This document shows positions 18,799 to 27,225 of a stretch of 64,000 nucleotides of DNA, piece by piece. The position numbers and the translations under genes are program-made. The notes under the pieces were generated by a model. That model was not told the DNA's origin. It did not search any database and was given only the letters and a program-made list of their open reading frames with translations. The DNA is from Patescibacteria group bacterium (GTDB lineage Bacteria; Patescibacteriota; Microgenomatia; UBA1400; PJMF01): NCBI GenBank assembly GCA_039934415.1, contig JBDTME010000003.1, forward strand, positions 11,821 through 75,820. Reading direction: 5' to 3'. Position 1 is the first letter of the stretch. The number at the start of each line of letters is the position of its first letter.

Positions 18799-20742
18799 TT
18801 AAGCGAAGAGATCTTTGTAGAGCTGTTGAGCGTCTTCCATGACAGCGAGTACGAGCACCTTTCCATTTCTGGCATCTGCGAGATAGAAGTTTTGTACTTT
18901 CCCATCTTCGACCCACACGTACTTTTGCTTACTCAGTGAAACTTGATACTCATTTGGAGGTAGGAATGCCTTAAACGAGCCTTTCTTATCAGTCACTAGC
19001 ACTGACATCAATTGATTAGATTCTTGTAGAAAAATACGCACAAAAACGTTCGCTAAAGGAGCTCCACTACTATCGACCACTTTACCGACGATGAGCGGTC
19101 TTTTTGTCCATCGGACGACCTTCAACACTAACATTGCGATGTAGATGACACAGACTCCCATGTTAATCATGGTAGGAGAGTAGAGAGTGATGAGTATCGA
19201 GATAAAGAACAACGGTAGAAATAAATACTGGGAAAGGCGCAGCAATCTTTCTTTTATCAAACTCCAGGAAATTTTTCGTTCACTCCCTTGCGCTTGGTTG
19301 ATGTGGTCGACAGGGATCAAGAACAGTTGTCTGGTTTTTTCATTTGAGACCTGGAACACTTCACCTTTATAGAACTCAAAGAGTGTTAAATATGTGGGGC
19401 GAGTTTTTACCGTAGGAAATACGAAATCTTGGTGCCGCACCTCGATTTGATACTTTCCCGGCGGTAGTTGAACACCTCCGTACACCCCCTCAGTATTCGT
19501 GACCACCGTTTCAGAGGTGCCTTGAGTATCCACTCTAGAAATATTGAGAATTGCGAAGGCAACTGGCTTTTCTGTCTCACTATCAAAAACCAAACCCTGA
19601 GGTGACGGTGGCGGAAGAATCCCAAGTGCCTGCAAAATTCTAAAGAAAATCTGAACAGACAAACTCCAGCCGAACTGTGTTGCCACCAGTGTAGTTGCAG
19701 CTATTGGAATAGCCACTGATAGCAACGCGGTGGCTATTGGAGCGGTTGCATTACTGAAATCTTTGACCACTTGTGGTATTTGACTGGGTACAAAATTACT
19801 GAGTATATTTTGTACTGTCTCAGTGATAGGTGTTGTAGGAATGCCAGGACCAGGGGTCGGGACGATTGCCGTCGCTCCGGGTTGAGGAGTAGGAACGGGT
19901 GTCGATAGCAAGAACGAGGTAGCAATCAAAAAGTAGACATTGTCTAATGTCGTGATGTGTCCCGCCAAGTCAGTTACGGTGAAGTTCATCGTAATTTTGA
20001 CGTCTCGAGTGAGCAACGGGAGAGTTTGAGACCAGTTGCCGCTGCTATCAACCGTGATGATATAAACCTGACTGGGTTCACTAGGGAGACTGACAGTCAA
20101 AACAATCGTTGCGCCAGCCTCGGAGTTGCCTTTGATGGTTGGTTGATTCGTATAAATGGTCAGGTAGGGGTCGGGACGTGTTGAGAGATCTTGAGATGAG
20201 ATTGAAGTTGTTGTCCCGTCAATCTGAGTGATGACTAGAGTTGGTGAGGTTGTGTCGATGGTGAAGGTCCAGGTGCTACTGTCAGCCGATTTACTATTGT
20301 TATCAACGGCAGTGATTTTCCAAGTGTGCAAGCCATCGGCAATGCTGGCAGAAGGCACCAAGGTATACTGCGTTCCCGACTTTGTGAGCGTGTAATCAAC
20401 ATTCGATGTGGCAGTTAATGGAATGTTGCTATAGAGCGTTGATCCGTCGAGGGTCAGCGTGTAATGATTCATTCCAGCAACAGCTGTGGATTCTTCCCAG
20501 ACAAAGGATGGGGTGTTGTCAGTCGTGATCGAACTATTACTGGGCGAGACCAGGGTTGGAGTCGTGGGTCCTGCGGTGTCTTCGACAGTCAAACTCATGT
20601 TAACTGGTCGATCTTTGGGATTGGTACTTCCAGTTTCACCGGTTAATAAACCACTCTCTTGGGCAAAAAGAGGACTGAATTGAACAGAGACGACGAAACA
20701 GAAAAACAGTATAAATAAAGCCCAGATTTTCTTGCTAAACAT
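18799..20742 (-). CDS. Signal-peptide protein with Big_6-like Ig domains, an internal multi-TM segment and two carboxypeptidase-regulatory-like (CarboxypepD_reg) beta-sandwich domains
   Basis: Signal peptide MFSKKIWALFILFFCFVVSVQFSPLFAQ. Ig-like repeats (PTLVSPSNSSITTDNTPSFVWEE..., TIYTNQPTIKGNSEAGATIVLTV...VDSSGNWSQT). CarboxypepD_reg-like segments GLVFDSETEKPVAFAILNI...GKYQIEV and IVGKVVDSSGAPLANVFVRIF...NEYQVSL. Confidence 0.7.
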   Translation of the reverse strand: MFSKKIWALFILFFCFVVSVQFSPLFAQESGLLTGETGSTNPKDRPVNMSLTVEDTAGPTTPTLVSPSNSSITTDNTPSFVWEESTAVAGMNHYTLTLDGSTLYSNIPLTATSNVDYTLTKSGTQYTLVPSASIADGLHTWKITAVDNNSKSADSSTWTFTIDTTSPTLVITQIDGTTTSISSQDLSTRPDPYLTIYTNQPTIKGNSEAGATIVLTVSLPSEPSQVYIITVDSSGNWSQTLPLLTRDVKITMNFTVTDLAGHITTLDNVYFLIATSFLLSTPVPTPQPGATAIVPTPGPGIPTTPITETVQNILSNFVPSQIPQVVKDFSNATAPIATALLSVAIPIAATTLVATQFGWSLSVQIFFRILQALGILPPPSPQGLVFDSETEKPVAFAILNISRVDTQGTSETVVTNTEGVYGGVQLPPGKYQIEVRHQDFVFPTVKTRPTYLTLFEFYKGEVFQVSNEKTRQLFLIPVDHINQAQGSERKISWSLIKERLLRLSQYLFLPLFFISILITLYSPTMINMGVCVIYIAMLVLKVVRWTKRPLIVGKVVDSSGAPLANVFVRIFLQESNQLMSVLVTDKKGSFKAFLPPNEYQVSLSKQKYVWVEDGKVQNFYLADARNGKVLVLAVMEDAQQLYKDLFA

Positions 20743-20761
20743 ATTTTCAGTCTACTACAAT

Positions 20762-21832
20762 TTAATTTTGTTCATCCTTGAACTGCTCCAACTTTGGTGA
20801 CCGGAGGTGTTTGATTTTTTCACTCAAAATTTCTTTTTCTTTTTTTCTCTCTTGAATAGTTGTGTCCACCTTCTTTTTGAAAAAACCTAGCGTGCTGAGG
20901 AACAAGACCAACACGAACAGCATCGCCAAGATTGCGCGAATGGGAACGAGCCAGAACGAGAAAGAAGCCAATGCGACTTTGCCAGCAGTTCCATAGTTGG
21001 CACTGATCGTGGCGGTATATTTCCCCAGGCCCCATCTTTTACTCCAGGTTTCAGTAAACAGACGTTGAGTAGTCGGGAACACATTCTGAGAAGAAACAGT
21101 GAGTACATCACTAGTGATGCCGAGCATGTTTTTAATCTCGACCTGAATATTAGGATGAATGTGAATATCGGACCGATTGTCGATCACAAATGAAAATGGA
21201 ACAGGTCCGTACTCAAAAAAATCTTTGACCTGGACATCTCTAATGTATGCTTCCTGATTGACCTCACCTTCGACCACGAAGTAGAGCAGTGTCCCGACTC
21301 GTTGAGAAATCCCAGTTCCAGACCCTGCCAAGGTTCCTTCTTCTGAAGGGCGGTGCATGATCATGGCATACCGTCCGCCTGGGAGTGCGTCATTCGGAAC
21401 TTGAATTAATAGATCTAGAGTAGCGAGCTCTCCTGGTTTGAGAGAGTGGGTGGAAGGAATGATGGTAATCCATTTTGCTAGACTCCACCGTGTGGATGTC
21501 GATTCACTCACTGGGATTGGTTGTTTGCCGTCTTCGCCGATTACAAAATCTTCAGCAACTGTGCTGATTTGTTGAGTCTTATTTGAACCATTTTTCACTT
21601 TGACGACAGCTTGAATAGTTTGACCTGGTTTGGCTTTGAGCGAGAAGTCCTCATCACCGAGTCGAGCTGGGATGGCAGTCAGTTGAGAGAGCGAGATGTC
21701 GTCACTAGTTTGAGCAAGTGCGGCAGAAGCAAATGTAAACAAAGTAAGAGGAAGTACTGCTGTTGCCAGAACCACAAAACAACTCAAGATCGTTGTTAGG
21801 CTTTGTTTCTGGTAAGTAAAAAAAACACTCAT
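20762..21832 (-). CDS. DUF916/DUF3324-like cell-surface protein with a C-terminal TM anchor and Lys-rich tail (CscA-like), paralog 1
   Basis: Signal peptide; WSLAKWITI...SLKPGELATLDLLIQVPNDALPGGRYAMIM matches my recollection of the DUF916 core; C-terminal TM helix (ILAMLFVLVLFLSTLGFF) followed by KKKVDTTIQERKKEKE. Confidence 0.65.
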   Translation of the reverse strand: MSVFFTYQKQSLTTILSCFVVLATAVLPLTLFTFASAALAQTSDDISLSQLTAIPARLGDEDFSLKAKPGQTIQAVVKVKNGSNKTQQISTVAEDFVIGEDGKQPIPVSESTSTRWSLAKWITIIPSTHSLKPGELATLDLLIQVPNDALPGGRYAMIMHRPSEEGTLAGSGTGISQRVGTLLYFVVEGEVNQEAYIRDVQVKDFFEYGPVPFSFVIDNRSDIHIHPNIQVEIKNMLGITSDVLTVSSQNVFPTTQRLFTETWSKRWGLGKYTATISANYGTAGKVALASFSFWLVPIRAILAMLFVLVLFLSTLGFFKKKVDTTIQERKKEKEILSEKIKHLRSPKLEQFKDEQN

Positions 21833-21979
21833 AGTTTTAGTTTGATTTTAAATATGCCCTTGGTCAGTCTTGTTGTTTGTTCGTTTCGGTCGAAGCATGC
21901 CCTTGTTCATTCTGGCTCATCAGATTCGCCAGAAATTCACGGGCAGACAAGACTGATTTAAAAACTGTATCAGTCTTGT

Positions 21980-23452
21980 CTAGAACGATGCCGTTGCTCG
22001 ATACGTCACCGTATTTTGATAACTTCCAGCCGTTGTACTACTCCCTACGATGACTTGATAGCAGACATACACGTTGTTATCTGTGGCAGGCGCGGTTGCC
22101 GAGAAAATGGTTTGGGCTGATTGTGAATTTTCACTGTCTGGTAATTGTTTAGCGGAAAATGTTCGCCCACTCTCGTTGTACGAAAACGCTTCAGTTGTCG
22201 TGCTACTAGGATCTTGGAGACTATAGCCAAGACCTTGATTACTTGTGCTCGTCCAATCTTGAGATGTTGTATGTGACATGCCACTGACGTTGGCGTCCGG
22301 CACGCAGCTATTTCCAGAAGGAGGATCACCAGCACAACTGCCACCATCTTTTCCCATCTGATCATTTGCTGAAATGGTGACAGTAAATCCGTTCGCTGCA
22401 TTTGTCGACACATTTAATTTTTGGGAGGCTCGCTTAAATGAAGAAGAGGAGACTGTTCCAAAAGGGACTGTTGTGGTGGTCGTAGTTGCGTCTGTGGTCT
22501 GTCCACACGTCGTTGTTCCTGAAGCTACAGCGAGTACACCAAAAGTAATTTGTGAAGGGACGCTTGCAGTGACTCTGACAGATTCAACATTCCCTACGGT
22601 GACGATGGTCGAATCAGTCGCCGTATCTGTGCTGTCCAAGTTTCTCACTAATATCTTGTATGGATCTGAGTACCCTTGAACGTGTCCGATCTTTGGGGAA
22701 GGGTTGATGACATTACTAATGACGATGGTGCCTTGTGTGGTGCCATCAAAAGCCGTGCTTGCCACACCACTCCCAGAGTACCGACATGAATACGCATGAT
22801 ATGTCACATTTGCCAAAGTTACCGCCGACGAACTTGCCGTTCCAGTGACGAAGTCATAGCTAGAGCCCACATCAGAAGGGCAAGTGACGGTGGGAGTCGA
22901 AGTTCCAAAATCAAAACCATCTTGATCAGGTATTCCATTGGCTCGACCAGCTGAGCCGGAAAGCGTTGTGGCTGGAACTAAAATTTGGAAAGCACCATTA
23001 CTGATCGCTGAGGCAGTCGTGAACCGTACTGTCATATTGCCTGATTGAGTTGCGATGACCGCATCACCACTGTCCGTATCATTCGTCTGGAGTGAAGCAA
23101 AACTCGGAGTTCGAATCAAGAAACTTCCAGGATTCGCACTCGCGCTTGCGACGGTATATGTATTTGCTGTGCTGGTATCACCGATCAAGACCGAGTCACC
23201 TTCCGCGAGTTCTGCCGAGGTAGTAGAGGAAGCACCACCGGCAGTAGTAACGATGTTGACTGTCGTGTCACCGACGCTATTACCAGTTGTTAACTTTCCA
23301 ACGAATGACAAACGAGGCGTTGCCAAGGTGACTGAGACACTACTCATGTTTGCAGATCGAGTTTTTTCGATCAAACCAAAACTAAAAAATACAGCCAAGC
23401 ACATTCCGGCGATACTCAATTTTTGTTTGGTTAAAAAACGTTGGTCTTTCAT
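21980..23452 (-). CDS. Secreted 490-aa Thr/Ser-rich beta protein with a conserved about 170-aa C-terminal domain (large paralog of the 24514-25254 gene; CscC/WxL-like position in the cluster)
   Basis: Signal peptide. The C-terminal domain aligns with the 246-aa paralog: GGSCAGDPPSGNSC...SQDWTSTSNQGLGYSLQ...AGSYQNTVTYRATASF versus TLCDSGSCDES..AGSWTNANNYGFGFNLS...AGNYETLVTYQLIATY. Confidence 0.75.
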   Translation of the reverse strand: MKDQRFLTKQKLSIAGMCLAVFFSFGLIEKTRSANMSSVSVTLATPRLSFVGKLTTGNSVGDTTVNIVTTAGGASSTTSAELAEGDSVLIGDTSTANTYTVASASANPGSFLIRTPSFASLQTNDTDSGDAVIATQSGNMTVRFTTASAISNGAFQILVPATTLSGSAGRANGIPDQDGFDFGTSTPTVTCPSDVGSSYDFVTGTASSSAVTLANVTYHAYSCRYSGSGVASTAFDGTTQGTIVISNVINPSPKIGHVQGYSDPYKILVRNLDSTDTATDSTIVTVGNVESVRVTASVPSQITFGVLAVASGTTTCGQTTDATTTTTTVPFGTVSSSSFKRASQKLNVSTNAANGFTVTISANDQMGKDGGSCAGDPPSGNSCVPDANVSGMSHTTSQDWTSTSNQGLGYSLQDPSSTTTEAFSYNESGRTFSAKQLPDSENSQSAQTIFSATAPATDNNVYVCYQVIVGSSTTAGSYQNTVTYRATASF

Positions 23453-23473
23453 CAGTTCTCAATTCAATGTCAT

Positions 23474-24496
23474 TTATGAGTCGAGCTTATGTTGTGTCCC
23501 ATTCTCTGGTTTGGCTTTACGACTACGACCTTGAAACAAGTTGCTCTTGGTGTAGAGCAAGTACACGATGTACACCAAGATGACGAAGATCAGCGCAGAG
23601 ATCGGTAATGCAAATACCGTGTGTTCAAATTTTTGTTCTTCTTGGCCTGGTGCATGATAGGTGAGGATCAACTTATACGGTCCAAGCAGAAATAAACCCT
23701 TGTATCGGATGGGTTGCTCGATTTTGTACTCTTCGCCATCTTTGTTGACGCTTTCTGAACCAAAGACCTGTCTTCCTGCTCCTGGTAAAATGTTCTCTGG
23801 CAAAAAATCATTTTCGTAAACGACATTTCCCAACACATTCACAATTCTCAAATTTCCCAAAGTGACCGTCGTGTTTTTGCCAGCATTATGCATAAAGACT
23901 TTGGCTGTAATAGCCGATAGACTGTCGAGAAAAAGAGGTGCCTCAAAAGATTGAAGTTCGATGATTCCTTGATCTTTGGCAGTTCGAGAAACGGTAATAA
24001 TGAAATTACTGACGATCTGACCACTCACCGCTGTTCCGCTTTGGTCGTGAAGACTGTTTTGAATTGGTTCGACATCCGTGACCAGTGAGAAGTGATACTC
24101 TTTCTCAACTGAATTTTCAGGGAGTGCCACTTCAAACACGAGTTGTTTAGTATTCCCAGTTTTCAGAAGGAAAGGAGTGTTGAGATGCACTTCAGCATCT
24201 TGCAATGACATGTAGGAAAAGGACATGTTGTCAGACAAAACGGGAATTCCAGTTTTATTATCACTCGTAAAGTCTACAAAGTTTGTTGTCAGGTTCACAT
24301 CAAAATTTCCTTGGTTTTCCAACGACACCGTGGTGAGTGCGCTTTTTCCTGGTTGGATAATGATGTGGGTCAATGGAGGACTGATGCCGATGTTGAGATC
24401 AGCTTTTTGTGCATGCACGGGTTGCATCCCAAACATCGTCAGGAAAACAAGTGTGAATGTGAGAGTAGCGGCTTTATTTTTTTGAACCATAGACAT
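23474..24496 (-). CDS. DUF916/DUF3324-like cell-surface protein with a C-terminal TM anchor and basic tail (CscA-like), paralog 2
   Basis: Signal peptide; LNIGISPPLTHIIIQPGKSALTTVSLENQGNFDV and QLVFEVALPENSVEKEYHFSLV resemble DUF916; C-terminal TM helix LPISALIFVILVYIVYLLY followed by TKSNLFQGRSRKAKPENG. Confidence 0.65.
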   Translation of the reverse strand: MSMVQKNKAATLTFTLVFLTMFGMQPVHAQKADLNIGISPPLTHIIIQPGKSALTTVSLENQGNFDVNLTTNFVDFTSDNKTGIPVLSDNMSFSYMSLQDAEVHLNTPFLLKTGNTKQLVFEVALPENSVEKEYHFSLVTDVEPIQNSLHDQSGTAVSGQIVSNFIITVSRTAKDQGIIELQSFEAPLFLDSLSAITAKVFMHNAGKNTTVTLGNLRIVNVLGNVVYENDFLPENILPGAGRQVFGSESVNKDGEEYKIEQPIRYKGLFLLGPYKLILTYHAPGQEEQKFEHTVFALPISALIFVILVYIVYLLYTKSNLFQGRSRKAKPENGTQHKLDS

Positions 24497-24513
24497 CCTG
24501 ATTTTTAAAAAAC

Positions 24514-25254
24514 TTAATACGTCGCAATTAGTTGATACGTGACCAGTGTTTCGTAATTCCCGGCAGCCTGAGTCGCTTGGGGAGAGGCTTTGTACGTTAC
24601 GGTCGCATTACGATTGACTGAAACTCCTGTACCTGACATGACCGTTTTCATAGTTTCCGCATTTGAAACATCGGCGAACTGTCGGAAGTAGTTAGTGCTG
24701 GCAAAATCAGTAGCCACATCGTTGCCCGAGAGGTTAAAGCCAAAACCGTAATTGTTGGCGTTCGTCCAGCTACCAGCAGTGCTTTCATCGCAGCTGCCGC
24801 TGTCGCAGAGCGTGTCTCGGATGTCAGTACTCGTATTTAGCAATCTCAACGGGTGATTTTCTGAGGCTTTAACGGCGTACCCGCCGGCTCCGTTAGTGTC
24901 GACGATGAGCGTATGGGTGTCGGTGTTAAATGAACCATAGGTGAGTTCACTCAAGTCGATCGTAATTTTTGAAATCTTGAGCGACAGCGTACGGAAAGGA
25001 TAGATGTACTGAAAGCCGGCTTTGACGACATAGCCACTTCCGTCGTACTCGCCAGGAGAGATTTGGCCAACGGTGTCAGTGACTTTATAGTTTGCACTGG
25101 TTTTCTCACCAGACGTAACGTTGAAGTTCCCGAACTCAATCACGTATTGTGACGACGTCATGCGCTCGGCGAGTGAGGTCGCATAATTTGAGAACAGACA
25201 GCCTACGCTCAAGGTGGCGATGACTAGTTTTTTGACTGTGGAGAATTTATTCAT
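24514..25254 (-). CDS. Secreted 246-aa beta protein, small paralog carrying the conserved C-terminal domain (CscB/WxL-like position)
   Basis: Signal peptide MNKFSTVKKLVIATLSVGCLFSNYATSLA. The C-terminal domain shares the Cys pair, the W-T-x3-N-x-G-x-G-[YF]-x-L motif and the terminal AG-x-Y-x-[TN]-[LT]-VTY motif with the 490-aa protein. Confidence 0.75.
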   Translation of the reverse strand: MNKFSTVKKLVIATLSVGCLFSNYATSLAERMTSSQYVIEFGNFNVTSGEKTSANYKVTDTVGQISPGEYDGSGYVVKAGFQYIYPFRTLSLKISKITIDLSELTYGSFNTDTHTLIVDTNGAGGYAVKASENHPLRLLNTSTDIRDTLCDSGSCDESTAGSWTNANNYGFGFNLSGNDVATDFASTNYFRQFADVSNAETMKTVMSGTGVSVNRNATVTYKASPQATQAAGNYETLVTYQLIATY

Positions 25255-25927
25255 TGGTGCCTTGTTTGTTGACCACTTCTAACAACTGCTCAACAGCGTC
25301 CTGCACGATCAAGATCTGACGAGCGATCACTTCTTTATTTTCTTCAGGATAATCAGACAAACGGAGCAGGTTTTCGAGTTTTGGTTTTAAAAATGTGGTG
25401 ACGAACAAGATAGCATTCGACTGTTGATCCGACAGCTCGACTTGCTGTTTTTCGACGATCAGTTCACCTTTGATGTGTGCTTCGTATTGCTTTTTAGTAA
25501 ACAGGAAGATGAACTGCATCAAAAACAGAGATAACAGTTGCGAGATATGTTGAGTACTTGATGTTGTGATCAAACTATAGTGAAAAAAGACGATCGCGAC
25601 GCTGACTACGATAGCTTGAAACGGTCGTAAACTCATCGTTAAAAAAAAGATATGCAGGTAGGCGAATGGGAAAAAGAAGGAGTCAATGTTTCCGGTATTG
25701 CCAATCAGGAGGACGATTGCAGCCGAGATCAAAGCGAACTCAGGATTCGATTGTTCGATGCTCAACGGTAAGTAATGTTTCCGCTTGGCGAACCGGATGC
25801 CAAAGTAGATCAATCCCAGCAGTCCAGCCAGCTGAGCAGAGTAGTAGCTCAAGCCCGGAATGTTCAACCACAAGTACGATCCGACCAAGACAAACAAGAT
25901 GGCCACCGTTTGGGCAGTTGAGTTCAT
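25247..25927 (-). CDS. Hypothetical integral membrane protein (4-5 TM helices plus a cytoplasmic C-terminal helical region)
   Basis: Hydrophobic helices (VAILFVLVGSYLWL, LAGLLGLIYFGI, ALISAAIVLLIG, FFFPFAYLHIFFLTM, IVVSVAIVFFHYSL). Its stop overlaps the start of the next gene by 8 nt, so it is the first gene of the minus-strand surface cluster. Confidence 0.55.
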   Translation of the reverse strand: MNSTAQTVAILFVLVGSYLWLNIPGLSYYSAQLAGLLGLIYFGIRFAKRKHYLPLSIEQSNPEFALISAAIVLLIGNTGNIDSFFFPFAYLHIFFLTMSLRPFQAIVVSVAIVFFHYSLITTSSTQHISQLLSLFLMQFIFLFTKKQYEAHIKGELIVEKQQVELSDQQSNAILFVTTFLKPKLENLLRLSDYPEENKEVIARQILIVQDAVEQLLEVVNKQGTNE

Positions 25928-26059
25928 AGAAATAGTATATAGCGATTCGAGGAGTTCGTCATTCCCGAGAGAGAACCTAAAAATTGCAGAGTTATCAATC
26001 CTGAATAAAGATTGATGATGTAGTATAATTCGGCAACCTTTCTAGTTATTAGATGTTTT

Positions 26060-27025
26060 ATGGTTGAAAAACAAAGATTATGTACTGAGTGTGAGTGGTT
26101 AGATTACTGTTCACTGTTAAGCTTTCTTGAATTAAATAGACAATTGTCGGAATCTGAGCTTCAAAGAACGATTGATGATAATCCTAAGTTGGGTAGCTGT
26201 TCACAAAGGCGTGAGCAAAACCTTAATCCTTCAGTACAGGACCGATGTGATGCGCTTCTAACATCACTCCGCCGAAAAAAAGTTGATTACTCTAGAGTGA
26301 ACAATGAAATTCAAGTAGATAACGAAGCAGCAAACTTTGGTGCATGGTTGGCGGGAGTTTTAGAGTCTGGGGGGAGTTTGCGCTTGAAATTAATAAATAG
26401 ATCTGGAAAACAGTATGGATCTCCTGAAATAAGATTCATAGAAAGTGATGAAAAAAAAAGAACACAGTTCATTCAATTGTTAAATGAACTGTGTTCTGCA
26501 CTGAAAGTGGGTACTCATTGGAAAGTGATAGATAAAAAAGTAGTACAAATCATTGGGTTACCAGCTGTAGAAGTAAGTTTATTGGCATTGCCTTTTGTGT
26601 TGTCAAGACAGTTGATCTTGGATTATTTTGAGAGTCATTCTATGTGGGCAAATAAAAAAGATCCTGAGTTAGAAAGTGAAGTGATAAAACAATATCTTGA
26701 ACATTCCAATCCTTCCCATTTAGAAGTTACAAAAGAACAATATCAGACTAGAATCAAAAACTCTCACTTTTTGGCCGGAGTGTTTGATTATTCTGGAACA
26801 TGTACTGATCGAGAGAGAAAAGATCGAGCGGGCGACTTTCGAAGAACGCTTCGATTACGAACCAAAAACCATATATTGTTGGAGACAATTGGCGAAAAGT
26901 TTGGCATTAAACTTTCTAAACCAAATGTCAAAGGAAGTAGAGAGTTGAGAGTAAGTGGAGATAACTGTGCTGCGATTCTCTCAGAGATGAAACCCTACCT
27001 GCGCGTACTTGGCAAATCAAAATAG
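26060..27025 (+). CDS. Free-standing protein with two LAGLIDADG-like motifs (single-chain homing-endonuclease-like) and an N-terminal Cys cluster
   Basis: Motif 1 NFGAWLAGVLESGGSLRLK; motif 2 HFLAGVFDYSGTCTDRER, with an acidic residue in the catalytic position. N-terminal CTECEWLDYC. The true start may be an internal Met. Confidence 0.65.
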   Translation: MVEKQRLCTECEWLDYCSLLSFLELNRQLSESELQRTIDDNPKLGSCSQRREQNLNPSVQDRCDALLTSLRRKKVDYSRVNNEIQVDNEAANFGAWLAGVLESGGSLRLKLINRSGKQYGSPEIRFIESDEKKRTQFIQLLNELCSALKVGTHWKVIDKKVVQIIGLPAVEVSLLALPFVLSRQLILDYFESHSMWANKKDPELESEVIKQYLEHSNPSHLEVTKEQYQTRIKNSHFLAGVFDYSGTCTDRERKDRAGDFRRTLRLRTKNHILLETIGEKFGIKLSKPNVKGSRELRVSGDNCAAILSEMKPYLRVLGKSK

Positions 27026-27225
27026 AATGGGTTTTGCTCGAATTACACATAAATAATTCAGTATTTATGAAAAAGTGGTATACTAGCTCCATGGAAATTC
27101 AACGTTCTCAGCTCCTTCTTCTTACCAAGTAAGTTGTTGGAGGGGAGAGTGTGTACAAACCCCTCGCGAGAGGGTTTTTTTGTACTAAATGTAAGTTGTA
27201 AGTGATAAGTAACTATTAAGAACCT

